Source: Chiloscyllium plagiosum
Taxonomy: Eukaryota
Length of the DNA stretch: 64,000 nucleotides
Assembly: GCF_004010195.1 (NCBI RefSeq)
Contig: NC_057718.1
Coordinates: 48,178,378 to 48,242,377, forward strand
Direction of reading: 5' to 3'
Within the stretch, counting starts at the first letter, position 1, and every line of letters begins with the position of its first letter. The position numbers and the translations under genes are program-made. Below the pieces are notes generated by a model. That model saw only the letters and a list, made by a program, of their open reading frames with translations, was not told the origin of the DNA and made no database searches. Below are positions 50,841-63,025 of the stretch, in pieces.

Positions 50841-53800
50841 AGTCATAGAGTCATAGATGTACAGCATGGAAACAGACCCTTCGGTCCAACCCGTCCATGC
50901 CAACCAGATATCCCAACTCAATTTAGTCCCACCTGTCAGCACCCGGCCCATATCCCTCCAAACCCTTCCTATTCATACACCCATCCAAATGCCTCTTAAA
51001 TGTTGCAATTGTACCAGCCTCCACCACTTCCTCTGGCAGCTCATTCCGTACACGTTGCACCCTCTGCGTGAAAAAGTTGCCCCTTAGGTCTCTTTTATAT
51101 CTTTCTCCTCTCACCCTAAACCTATGCCCTCTAGTTCTGGACTCNNNNNNNNNNNNNNNNNNNNNNNNNNNNNNNNNNNNNNNNNNNNNNNNNNNNNNNN
51201 NNNNNNNNNNNNNNNNNNNNNNNNNNNNNNNNNNNNNNNNNNNNNNNNNNNNNNNNNNNNNNNNNNNNNNNNNNNNNNNNNNNNNNNNNNNNNNNNNNNN
51301 NNNNNNNNNNNNNNNNNNNNNNNNNNNNNNNNNNNNNNNNNNNNNNNNNNNNNNNNNNNNNNNNNNNNNNNNNNNNNNNNNNNNNNNNNNNNNNNNNNNN
51401 NNNNNNNNNNNNNNNNNNNNNNNNNNNNNNNNNNNNNNNNNNNNNNNNNNNNNNNNNNNNNNNNNNNNNNNNNNNNNNNNNNNNNNNNNNNNNNNNNNNN
51501 NNNNNNNNNNNNNNNNNNNNNNNNNNNNNNNNNNNNNNNNNNNNNNNNNNNNNNNNNNNNNNNNNNNNNNNNNNNNNNNNNNNNNNNNNNNNNNNNNNNN
51601 NNNNNNNNNNNNNNNNNNNNNNNNNNNNNNNNNNNNNNNNNNNNNNNNNNNNNNNNNNNNNNNNNNNNNNNNNNNNNNNNNNNNNNNNNNNNNNNNNNNN
51701 NNNNNNNNNNNNNNNNNNNNNNNNNNNNNNNNNNNNNNNNNNNNNNNNNNNNNNNNNNNNNNNNNNNNNNNNNNNNNNNNNNNNNNNNNNNNNNNNAAGT
51801 CCATATAGATCACATCTACTACTCTGCCCTCATAAATCTTCTTTGTTACTTCTTCAAAATACTCAATCAAGTTTGTGAGACATGATTTCCCACGCACAAA
51901 GCCATGTTGACTATCCCGAATCAGTCCTTGCCTTTCCAAATACATGTACATCCTGTCCCTCAGGATTCCCTCCAACAACTTGCCCACCACCGAGGTCAGG
52001 CTCACTGGTCTATAGTTCCCTGGCTTGTCCTTACCACCCTTCTTAAACAGTGGCACCACGTTTGCCAACCTCCGGTCTTCTGGCACCTCACCTGTGACTA
52101 TCGATGATACACATATCTCAGCAAGAGGCCCAGCAATCACTTCCCTAGCTTCCCACAGAGTTCTCGGGTTCACCTGATCAGGTCCTGGGGATTTATTTAC
52201 TTTTAACCGTTTCAAGACATCCAGCACTTCCTCCTCTGTAATCTGGACATTTTGCAAGATGTCACCATCTATTTCCCTACAGTCTGTATCTTCCATATCC
52301 TTTTCCACAGTAAATACTGATGCAAAATACTCATTTAGTATCCCCTCCGTTTTCTGCGGCTCCACACAAAGGCTGCCTTGCTGAACGTTGAGCGGCCCTA
52401 TTCTCTCCCTGGTTACCCTTTTGTCCTTAATATATTTGTAAAAACCCTTTGGATTCTTCTTAATCCTATTTGCCAAAGCTATCTCATGTCGCCATTTTGC
52501 CCTCCTAATTTCCCTCTTAAGTATACTCCTACCGTCTTTATACTCTTCTAAGGATTCACTCGATCTATCCTGTCTACACCTGACATATGCTTCCTTCTTT
52601 TTCTTAACCAAACCCTCAATTTCTTTAGTCATCCAGCATTCCCTATACCTACGAGCCTTCCTTTCACCCTGACAGGAATATACTTTCTCTGGATTCTTGT
52701 TATCTCATTTCTGAAGACTTCCCATTTTCCAGCTGTCCCTTTACCTGTGAACATCTGCCTCCAATCAGCTTTTGAAAGTTCTTGCCTAATACGGTCAAAT
52801 TGGCCTTTCTCCAATTTAGAACTTCAACTTTTAGATCTGGTCTATCCTTTTCCATCACTACTTTAAAACAAATAGAATTATGGTCACTGGCCCCAAAGCG
52901 CTCTCCCACTGACACCTCAGTCACTAGCCCTGCCTTATTTCCCAAGAGTAGGTCAAGTTTTGCACCTTCTCTAGTAGGTACATCCACATACTGAATCAGA
53001 AAATTGTCTTGTACACACTTAAAAAATTCCTCTCCATCTAAACCTTTAACACTATGGCAGTCCCAGTCGATATTTGGAAAGTCAAAATCCCCTACCATAA
53101 CCACCCTATTACTCTTACAGATAGCTGAGATCTCCTTACAAGTTTGTTGCTCAATTTCCCGCTGACTATTGGGGGGGTCTATAATACAATCCCAATAAGG
53201 TGATCATCCCTTTCTTATTTCTCAGTTCCACCCAAATAACTTCCCTGGATGTATTTCCGGGAATATCCTCCCTCAGCACAGCTGTAATGCTATCCCTTAT
53301 CAAAAATGCCACTCCCCCTCCCCTCTTGCCTCCCTTNNNNNNNNNNNNNNNNNNNNNNNNNNNNNNNNNNNNNNNNNNNNNNNNNNNNNNNNNNNNNNNN
53401 NNNNNNNNNNNNNNNNNNNNNNNNNNNNNNNNNNNNNNNNNNNNNNNNNNNNNNNNNNNNNNNNNNNNNNNNNNNNNNNNNNNNNNNNNNNNNNNNNNNN
53501 NNNNNNNNNNNNNNNNNNNNNNNNNNNNNNNNNNNNNNNNNNNNNNNNNNNNNNNNNNNNNNNNNNNNNNNNNNNNNNNNNNNNNNNNNNNNNNNNNNNN
53601 NNNNNNNNNNNNNNNNNNNNNNNNNNNNNNNNNNNNNNNNNNNNNNNNNNNNNNNNNNNNNNNNNNNNNNNNNNNNNNNNNNNNNNNNNNNNNNNNNNNN
53701 NNNNNNNNNNNNNNNNNNNNNNNNNNNNNNNNNNNNNNNNNNNNNNNNNNNNNNNNNNNNNNNNNNNNNNNNNNNNNNNNNNNNNNNNNNNNNNNNNNNN

Positions 53801-54855
53801 NNNNNNNNNNNNNNNNNNNNNNNNNNNNNNNNNNNNNNNNNNNNNNNNNNNNNNNNNNNNNNNNNNNNNNNNNNNNNNNNNNNNNNNNNNNNNNNNNNNN
53901 NNNNNNNNNNNNNNNNNNNNNNNNNNNNNNNNNNNNNNNNNNNNNNNNNNNNNNNNNNNNNNNNNNNNNNNNNNNNNNNNNNNNNNNNNNNNNNNNNNNN
54001 NNNNNNNNNNNNNNNNNNNNNNNNNNNNNNNNNNNNNNNNNNNNNNNNNNNNNNNNNNNNNNNNNNNNNNNNNNNNNNNNNNNNNNNNNNNNNNNNNNNN
54101 NNNNNNNNNNNNNNNNNNNNNNNNNNNNNNNNNNNNNNNNNNNNNNNNNNNNNNNNNNNNNNNNNNNNNNNNNNNNNNNNNNNNNNNNNNNNNNNNNNNN
54201 NNNNNNNNNNNNNNNNNNNNNNNNNNNNNNNNNNNNNNNNNNNNNTTGGTTCCAATGTGGACAATGACCTCCTGCTGGCCCCTCTCCCCCGTGAGAACAT
54301 TCTGCACCCTCTCTGAGACATCCTTGATCCTGGCACCAGGGAAACAACACACCATTCTGTTTTTTCTCTGCTGGCTACAGAAACGTCTGTCTGTACCTCG
54401 GACTACAGAATCCCCTAACACAATTGATCTCTTGGAACCCGATGTACCCCTCGTTGCATTGGAGCCAGTCTCAATACCAGAAACTTGGCTGTTCGTGCTA
54501 CGTTCCCCTGAGAATCCATCACCCCCTACATTTTCCAAAACAGCATACCTGTTTGAAATGGGTATATCCACAAAAGACTCCTGCCTTAGGTGCCGACCTC
54601 TTTCACCCTTCCTGGAGTTAACCCATCTATGTGACTGTATCTGAGACTTTCCCCCCTTCCTATAACTGCCATCCACACATACTGTTGCTGTTGCAAATTC
54701 CTCATCGCTTCTATCCGCTCGATCTGATAAGATTCGCTTCCAACAGCAATTATAGCAGATATAATCTGCAGTAACCCTTAAACTCTCTTTAAACTCCCAC
54801 ATCTGACAAGAAGTACATATCACTGCAAAGGTCATTTTTGCTCCTTCACAATCTA
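50841..54855 (-). mobile_element. Near-full-length CR1 LINE (ORF1 Cys-rich + SGNH esterase; ORF2 APE + RT), with two N-gaps
   Basis: ORF1 VICTSCQMWE...IVLGDSVVRG...VCCFPGARI...VHIGT; ORF2 EN motifs, KSPGPD, NYRPVSLTSVVGKLLE, QHGFVRGKSCLTNL; (ATGACTCT)n-type tail. A few frameshifts. Confidence 0.95.
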
Positions 54856-55039
54856 ATATGGTTAAGAAATTGTTTCTTCCACTCAAACCATTTCAATTTT
54901 AAATATTGACTTTCACATTGAACATTAGCCCCTCGTTTGCGTTGTTTGAAATAAAACAATCAACTTTAAGCCACTGCTTTATGAAAGCAACAGGATGAGT
55001 TCGAGTCAGGTGCACATTACTCATCCTGCTGGATTTCAC

Positions 55040-55254
55040 CTTTCTGAGGTAAGGTCAGAGCTCAGCTGTTGATATCTGAAAATGACTTTCCACATTAGAG
55101 TTGGGAAATAGAGATCAGTTTTAAAGAGACAGATCCTTCTTAAGTCTTTTTCTTTCTTTATTGACTCTGCCAGACCTTTTTGTTTATTAAACAGCGTCAG
55201 AGCTGTTGCTGAGTCTGGGTTCTGAATCCATCCCATTCCCTCCATATGCAGTTT
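55040..55254 (-). pseudogene. Exon-like block, probably part of the same decayed gene
   Basis: Acceptor tgtatcctgtttag|AA and donor AAG|GTGAAA; one frame is open throughout (KLHMEGMGWIQNP...ICLFKTDLYFPTLMWKVIF...). No clearly recognisable motif. Confidence 0.35.
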
Positions 55255-56879
55255 CTAAACAGGATACAATTAATCGCTAAAGTCAGTAGTGTTTTATCAC
55301 ACCTGTTTGTGTCCTTGCAGAAGTGGGCATATCAAACAGAGTGTGCTGTACTTCTAGAGGCTCATACCAAGAGAAGAGTAAAGAATGGGAATAGCCAAGA
55401 TCAAACACAAAGTAGTCAACCTTAGTGAAAGAAGAAACTCATGGGAGAGATAGTGATTTTAGAGGATGCTCCAGCTAATCTCCAATTGAGAATTGAGTAG
55501 TGTTACAATATCATGATAATCTGTAAACCAATGGGATCTTGTTGACTGACTGATTCGTAAATTAAGAAACTACCAACAAGATTTCTTTTCTGTAACTTGT
55601 ACTTTAGCTGAAGTCAAAATCAACGCAACTAAACATGAATTCACAGTAAATCACAGCCAGTACTAACTAAAAATTGCACATGGAATAGCAAATACAACAA
55701 AAGCTATCTCATGACATTAGTAGGCAGTCCGGTCCAAGGAAGTACTCCCAGTTTCAGCCACAAAGGCCCTCCAAGTCAATTTCCATCAGTCTTCTGTTCG
55801 TGTCTAAACACCACAGTTCTCGAGGGTAATTAGGAATGGTCAATAAATTCTATCTTAGCTACATTCCACAAATGAATTTCTGCTAATTCTGCTTCCAGGT
55901 CAAGGATTACTAAGTCAAATGAACCAGTATTCCACACTTTCTAAAAATCACAATTGATCATTTACAAGTGTCCTTGGAAAGAGAGCTGAGTGTCTTGGAC
56001 AGATGCAGGGTCACCTTTGTTGGCTTGAACTTCCACAGGATTGCAGGCAGGATAGACGTAGAGGGGCCAAGCATCTCTGATGTGCTCTGAGAGCAAACTT
56101 CTGGAAGATGGATATGTAGTTCCTCCTCCATCAGGTGCCCTTTGGCACTATCCTATCTCCTCTCCTCACAGCTCACTCTCACCTTACTGTTGATGTGCAT
56201 CCCCAATGCCTACAGAGATAGATTGCACGTTTGTGTGCATTTTGAGTGTTCTGCTGGAGTTGGATCCCCATGGCTGACACTAATCACTGCATGGAGACAG
56301 CTAGATGCAGGTGGGAGCCAGTATGGTACTGTCAATTACTCCATGCTTTAGTCTGAATTACTGAATGGATCTGACAAACCTGTGTGCTATACTTATATTT
56401 GCTTGTACATTTGCATGAAGTTCTTAATGGCCAACACCACACGGTCCTCTCCTGCCCTGGGGCTGAGCACGTGCCTGGTAAACAGTTGTGCACTGAGCAC
56501 TGGTGACTTGGGGCATTTTTGCCTCGGTCAGCTGCAGAGATATGGTAGAGATGCTGTTGCTGGAATGTATTCCCGACTCTCATCTAGTTAATGTACTCAC
56601 TGGTGCAAGTGTCTGAGCTGGTGGAGGATCAGCAGAAAGTTTTGCCAGTGCAACTCTGAAGGATCTACAGGTTCTTCCTGAGAGGTGGAGCAGGAGCTGG
56701 AGGCCAGAGGGATTGGTCTCTTGTGGGGAGAGGATGCCACTGCTGTCTATAGAAAACAAGAAAGGGAATAGATTACTTATTACGGGTAGAAGCTTGATCA
56801 TTTTAAGAACACACTCACAGCAGTGGTAATGCAGGGAGCAGTGCAGCACATTGCAAGGAATCTTGCATGATTGTTGGGA

Positions 56880-57345
56880 CATGGAGATCTTCGCGTCCCC
56901 TCATGAACTGTCGCGGTCCTTTCCCACAAGCTCAAGAGTCTTCTTCACTTATGAGGTGAAGAGACAAATGTCGGCTATCCTGCTACTTGTCTTTGCCCTC
57001 TAAGCCTTGTTGTGGGTTATTCTCCCTGCAATAAGACAAAGAGAAGGATTGAATATGGTGAAAGTGGCTGGCACAGCAATTAGTGTTGGTACAGATGCAG
57101 GAAAGGGTGAGGTGTCCCAGGTGAGGGAGAAGTGCAAAAGGCAGGAAGGGTTAATAATTTGGGGGATGGGGGAGGGGTATGTGAAAAGTGAAAGCCATTA
57201 CACTCAACAGTGAGAATGGTAATAATGAACCTTGGTGGGAGATGGGTGCAATTGTGGAATTAGAGGGAGTGAATATGACAACATTTGTGGAGCACAAGAA
57301 GGTCATTAACTTCCTTCTTGCATGTCTGACCATTCCTCAGCACCG
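56880..57345 (-). mobile_element. PIF/Harbinger-type Myb/SANT DNA-binding gene relic (intron-containing)
   Basis: RNGQTCKKEVNDLL (QCRKKxNDL motif) at ~57295-57340, then after an acceptor ttgtcttattgcag| RITHNKA*RAKTSSRIADICLFTS*VKKTLELVG (the 'HN..ER.KTGGG' motif). Confidence 0.55.
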
Positions 57346-57830
57346 TGAAAATGCCACTGAAAGAGTTGTGAATGCAACCCAGTCCATCATGAAAGGGCCT
57401 TCCTGATGAAGGGATTTTGCCCGAAATGTCGATTATCCTGCTCCTCGGATGCTGCCTCGCCTGCTGTGCTTTTCCAGCACCACACTCTTGACTCTGATTT
57501 CCAGCATCTGCAGTCCTCACTTTCTCCATTATGAAAAGCAGCTTTCCTTACATTGACTCCATCTACACTTCCTCGGGAAAGCAGCCAACATAATCGAAGA
57601 CTCCTCTGACCCAGGTTATACTCCCTTCCACCTCCTCCATTGGGCAGAAGACACAAAAGGTTGAAAACCCACACCAATAGATTCAAGAACAGCTTCTTCC
57701 CCACTGTTACCAGACTTATAAACAGATCTCTCATATATTAGAGTTGGTCTTTCTCTGCACCTTCTCTGTAACTGTAATACTATATTCTGCATTATGTTCT
57801 ATTACCCTAATGTGGTATGATTTGTCTGGA
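57345..57830 (+). mobile_element. Rex1/Babar-type LINE 3' fragment
   Basis: RVVNATQSIM...IDSIYTS..KAANIIED...PFHLL..GRR....THTNRFKNSFFP. Confidence 0.75.
57395..57524 (+). mobile_element. Solo Penelope pLTR with tail inserted in the Rex1 fragment
   Basis: cctgatgaagggattttgcccgaaatgtcg...cagcatctgcagtcctcactttc; 12-bp TSD tccatcatgaaa / tccattatgaaa. Confidence 0.85.
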
Positions 57831-57880
57831 TGGTAACTTTGAACCAGGCTGGTAGTGTCAGCTGGTCCTGTGGAAAGAGG

Positions 57881-58220
57881 ATCATAGAATCCCTACAGCG
57901 TTGAAGCAGGCAATTCAACCCGTTAAGTCCATAGTGACCCTCCAAAGAGCATCCTAACCCCCTATTCTATTCCTGTATTTCCCATGGCTAATCCAGCTAT
58001 CCTGAATATCCCTAGACACAATGGCAATTTAGTATGGCCAATCCACTAAACCTGCACATCTTTGGACTGTAGGAGGAAACTGGAGCACCTGGAGAAAACC
58101 CACACAGACACCAGGACAATGTACAAACTCCACACAGACAGTGACCCGAGGCTGGAATTGAACCCGGGTCCCTGAAGCTGTGGGGCAGCAATGCTAACCA
58201 CTGAGCCACCGTGCTACCCA
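57881..58220 (-). mobile_element. HE1/V-SINE-type SINE
   Basis: Minus strand GGGTAGCACGGTGGCTCAGTGGTTAGC...GGGTTCAATTCC and V-domain. Confidence 0.88.
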
Positions 58221-59029
58221 TGGATGGCCCTCCTCTCCTGCACCTCAGTATTGTTGGTAAAGCAGGTGCCAACTCAGATGTCTCCTTTAGAATGATGCAG
58301 TATTACATTGTGAAGGACAATGTCTGGCTTGCAACATTTGAAATGGTGCACAACTTAGTTTAAACATGCCAGAGGCAGTGTGAATGCCTGTAGCTCCCAC
58401 CACCATCAAGTATCTCCACCACTGCTGTGCACAAGATAGTATGGAAGAAATGCTGTAGAGGTACGGCACTTACTAAAATTGCAAGAGAAAACTTGTCAGG
58501 GCCCATGGAGAGAAACTCCATGATTTTTCCCTGAAATTGTCACTTGTCCAAAATATGGAAAACTCACACCTCTATGTCTGTGGTGATGTCTTGCACAGTC
58601 CTACAACTCACTCCCAAAGATTCTTTCAGGTTCTCCATCTCAAATATTTATCTCCTTTCCTCAAAACCTCTACTTTAGTTTCTACTTCAGTAGTCATTGG
58701 TAATGTAGGATCCCATGATATAATCATTCTTAATTCAAAAGCCCACTTTCTCCCAGTGAGCATGCTCTGTCTTCATTCCTAGTTTGCCATTTCACTATTT
58801 GCCAATAGTAAGATTTTCAGCTTTCATTCAATCCTTCACTGTTTGTTCCTCTCCTAACTTGTTCTGGAACTGCTTTAAACTCTGCTCCTCACATCCACCA
58901 TACTGTACCCCTTCTCATCCAGTTGATCCCCTTCACACTGACCCCCCCAATCTCCAAGACACCTTTCCAAGCCCAGGAAATGCATTAGAAAATTGCAGTG
59001 ACTGCTAGACACATTGCTCAACAACTCAC

Positions 59030-59231
59030 TTATAAAACAAATGGGACTGTTCACTTTCTTTTGAACATTTGCGATTAATCCATATTTACTGCATAAGCTG
59101 CTAAATTTGCACCTAGTGTACAGCATACTATTTAGCCTTTCAAACCTCTGTTGATGCCAATTCTTCATCTGGAAGATCTCTGATGATTCCATTTCTAGCC
59201 CTATCTTTTTATGACTTTCCCTATCAAACAC
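59030..59231 (-). pseudogene. Exon-like block, possibly C-type-lectin-like
   Basis: Strong donor TAA|GTGAGT; one frame gives GIIRDLPDEEL....IWIN with stops. The acceptor is weak. Confidence 0.25.
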
Positions 59232-59300
59232 CTATTCAATTCCCTTTCAAATTAGCTTATGCCTCTTACTGTACAGAACATCTAAGTTAGTTGCATTTAC

Positions 59301-59530
59301 ATAGAAAATGCATTAAATATGCATTTATACACTGGAAATAAAATTAGTTCTCTCATAGTTTCAAAAGAACCGTATTCAACAAAAGAATTGTCCAGTCTTG
59401 CTGAACAACTAGCATCTTTAGTATCTTTAAGTCGGCAGCGTTTATGCAAAGCCTCTTCCATTCTGTTGTCCAAGAAAGCTAATATGCTGGTGCAATGCTG
59501 CCATAAGCATGGCAACTGATTTACAGTAAT
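59301..59530 (-). pseudogene. Exon-like block, possibly C-type-lectin-like
   Basis: Acceptor gcctttttcataccag|AT and donor AT|GTAAAT; open frame ...CTSILAFLDNRMEEALHKRCRL... resembles the lectin 'WEEA...C' segment. Confidence 0.3.
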
Positions 59531-59990
59531 CTGGTATGAAAAAGGCTAATGGAAACAATTAGTTAATTGATTTGAGTGAGTAAGTTGTATCCTCATGTCT
59601 CAATTAATTACAGTACATTGTATTTCTTAATCCAATCTGCAGTCTTGTATTTACTAGTTGTTTACTCAGTCAGAGTTGAATTCTGCATGGATTAATTTAG
59701 TAATTGATTTTTCACAATGCCTCACGACTCAAAGTAAACATGCGGCATGACAGGGTGCACTCAGTACATCTGATCTGTGTAAACTCTTAAACTTTATCCA
59801 ATCCACTGAACATAACTTCAAAATCATATTTTGTTGGTTAATTTTTCAACAAATAATTACACAATGAACAAAAAATGTGTTACTAATTTTTGTATTACTG
59901 TTTCATGTATTTTCACCAATGATATTTGATTTTAAAACAGCTGAGGTAAAATAATGTAGTTCTCACAGAAACTTTATGATGTGTACATGG

Positions 59991-62900
59991 TTAGAACATA
60001 GAACAATACAGCGCAGAACAGGCGCTTCGGCTCTCGCTGTTGTGCCGACCTGTGAACTATTCTCAGCTCGTCCCCCTACACTATCCCAAAATCATCCAAG
60101 TGTTTATCTCAGAATTGTTTAAATCTCCCTAATGTGGCTGAATTGACTACATTAGAAGGTAGGGAATTCCACACCCTTACCACTCTCTGCGTAAACAACC
60201 TGCCTTTGATATCTTTCTCAAATCTATCATCCCTCAATTTGTAGCTATGCCCCCTCGTACACACTAACGTCATCATCCGAGGAAAAAGACTTTCACTGTC
60301 TACCCTATCTAACTCTCTGATCATCTTGTATGTCTCTAACAAATCCCCTCTTAGCCTTCTTCTTTCCAATGAGAACAGATCCAAGTCTCTCAACCTTTCC
60401 TCATAAGACCTTCCCTCCAGACCAGGCAACATCCTGATAAATCTCCTTTGCATCTTTTCCAATGTTTTCACATCCTTCCCGAAATATGGGGTCTAGAACT
60501 GCACACAATATTCCAAGTGTGGCCGCACTAACATTTTGTATAGTTGCAGCATGATATTGCAGCTCCAGAACCCCGCAATCCCTCACGAATGAAACTTAAC
60601 ACACTGTATGCCTGCTTAACAGCACTATCCACCTGGGTGGCAACTTTCAGGGATCTATGTAAATGGACTCCAAGAATCCTCTCCACATCCACACTACCAA
60701 GAATCTTACTATTGATCTAGTACTCTGCCTTCCTGTTATTCTTCCCAAAGTGCATCACCTCACATTTAGCTGCATTGAACTCCATTTGCCACCTCTCAGC
60801 CCAATTCTGCAGTTTATCCAAGTCCCCCTGCAACCTGTAACATTCTTCCACACTGTCCACTACTCCACTGACTTTAGTGTCATCTGCAAATTTACTAATC
60901 CATCCACTTATGCCTGCGTCTAAGTCATTTATAAAAATGCAAAGAGCAGTGGTCCTAAAACAAATCCTTGTGGCACGCCACTAGTAATTGGACTCCAGGC
61001 TGAATATTTTCCATCAACCATCACTCGCTGCCTTCTTTCAGAAAGCTAGTTTCTAATCCAAACTGCTAAATAACCCTCAATTCCATGCCTCTGCATTTTC
61101 TCCGACAACCTACCATGTGGAACCTTATCAAAGGCTTTACTGAAGTCCATGTATACCACGTCAACTGCCCTACCCTCATCTACATGCTTGGTCACCTTCT
61201 CAAAAAACTCAATGAGGTTTGTGAGACATGACCTGCCCTTGACGAAACCATATTGACTATCTGAAATCAAATTGTTGCTTGCTAGATGATTATAAATCTT
61301 ATCTCTTATAATCCTTCCCAAAACCTTTCCTACAACAGAAGTAAGGCTCACTGGTCAAAAACTACCTGGGTCATCTCTACTGCCCTTCTTGAACAAGGGC
61401 ACAACATTTGCAATCCTCCAGTCCTGTAGACAGTTCTGTAGACAGGTACCAAACCTGTAGACAATGACGACTCAAATATCAAAGCCAAAGGCTCTGCTAG
61501 CTCCTCCCTAGCTTCCCAGAGAATCCTCGGATAAATCCCATCCAGCCCAGGAGACATGTCTACTTTCACTCCTTCTAGAATTGATAATACCTGTTCGTAA
61601 CTAACCTTGATCTTTTGTAGTCTAATATCCCGTACCTCATTCTTCTCCTTTATAATATTCTCCTTTTCCTGAGTGAAAACTGATGAGAAATGTTCGTTTA
61701 GCACCTCTCCGATCTCCACAGGGTCCACACTCAACTTCCCACTTCTGTCTTTGATTGGCCCTATTCCTACCCTAATCATCCTTTTATTCCTCATATACCT
61801 ATAAAAAGCTTTAGGGTTCTCCTTCATTCTATTTGCTAAAGACTGCTCGTGTCCTCTCTTTGCTCTTCTGAACTCTCTCTTTAAATCCTTCCTAGCTGAT
61901 CTGTAACTCTCCATTGCCTCATCTGAACCATTTTGCCTCATCAACACATAAGCCTCCTTCTTCTTCGTAACAAGACATGCAATTTCTGTAGTAAACCACA
62001 GTTCCCTTACCTTATCATTCCTCCCTACCTGACAGGGACATACCTATCAAGGACACGCAATATCTGTTCCTTAAACCAGCTCCATTGTCTGCATCCTGTG
62101 CATTTTGCTACCCCATTCTATGCATCCTAATTCTTGCCTAATTGCACTATAATTGCCCTTGCCCCATCGATAACTCTTGACCTGTGGCATGTACCTATTC
62201 CTTTCCATCGCTAAACTAAACGTAACTAATTATGGTCACTCTCTCCAAAGTGCTCACCTACAACTAAATCAAACACCTGGCCTGGTTCATTACCAAGCAC
62301 CAGATCCAGTGTGGCCTCCCCTCTTGTCGACCCTTTGACATACTGTGTCAGGAAACCCTCCTGTACACATTGAACAAAAATGGATCCATCCGACGTACTA
62401 GATTTATAGCATTTTCAGTCAATGTTGGGAAGTTAAAATCCCCCATAATGACCACCCTGTTCCCTTCACTCCTACCCAGAATAATTTTGCTAATCCTCCC
62501 TGTAACTTTGCGGAGGCCTATAAAAAACTCCAAGCAGTGTGATCTCTCCTCTCCTGTTTCTAACCTCAGCTCACACTACCTCAGTAGACGAGTCCTCATC
62601 AAAAGTTCTCTCAGCCACCATTATACTATCCTTGACTAACAAGGCCACACCTCCCCCTCTTTTACCGCCTTGCCTGTTCTTAATAAAAGATCTAAACCCT
62701 GGAAGCTGCAACATCCATTCCTCACCCTGCTCTATCCATGTCTCCAAAATGGCCACAATATCGAAGTTCCAGGTACCTATCCATGTTGCAAGCTCACCTA
62801 CCTTTTTTCGGATCCTTCTGGCATTGAAGTAGACACACTTCAAACCACTTTGCTGTCTGCCAGCACATTCCTGTGACTCTGAAATCCTGTCCCTGTCTCA

Positions 62901-63025
62901 TCCTACTCTCATCCTCCTGTACACTGCAACTACACCTCCGGTTCCCATCCCCCTGTTGAGCTAGTTTAAACCCACCGAATAGCACCAGCAAATTTCCCAC
63001 CCAAGCTATTAGTACCTCTCTGGTT
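59991..63025 (-). mobile_element. CR1 LINE (second family), ORF2 nearly complete but frameshifted
   Basis: KCVYFNARRI, ILETWI, GDFNFP, SLTSVVGKVL, QYGFVKGRSCLTNL, YMDFSKAFDKVPH, RVVRVWNSLP; (TTCTATG)n-type tail. Confidence 0.95.

Noticed and set aside
54991..55028. 10-bp stem hairpin caggatgagt/actcatcctg
   Set aside because: It is too short and isolated to distinguish from chance.
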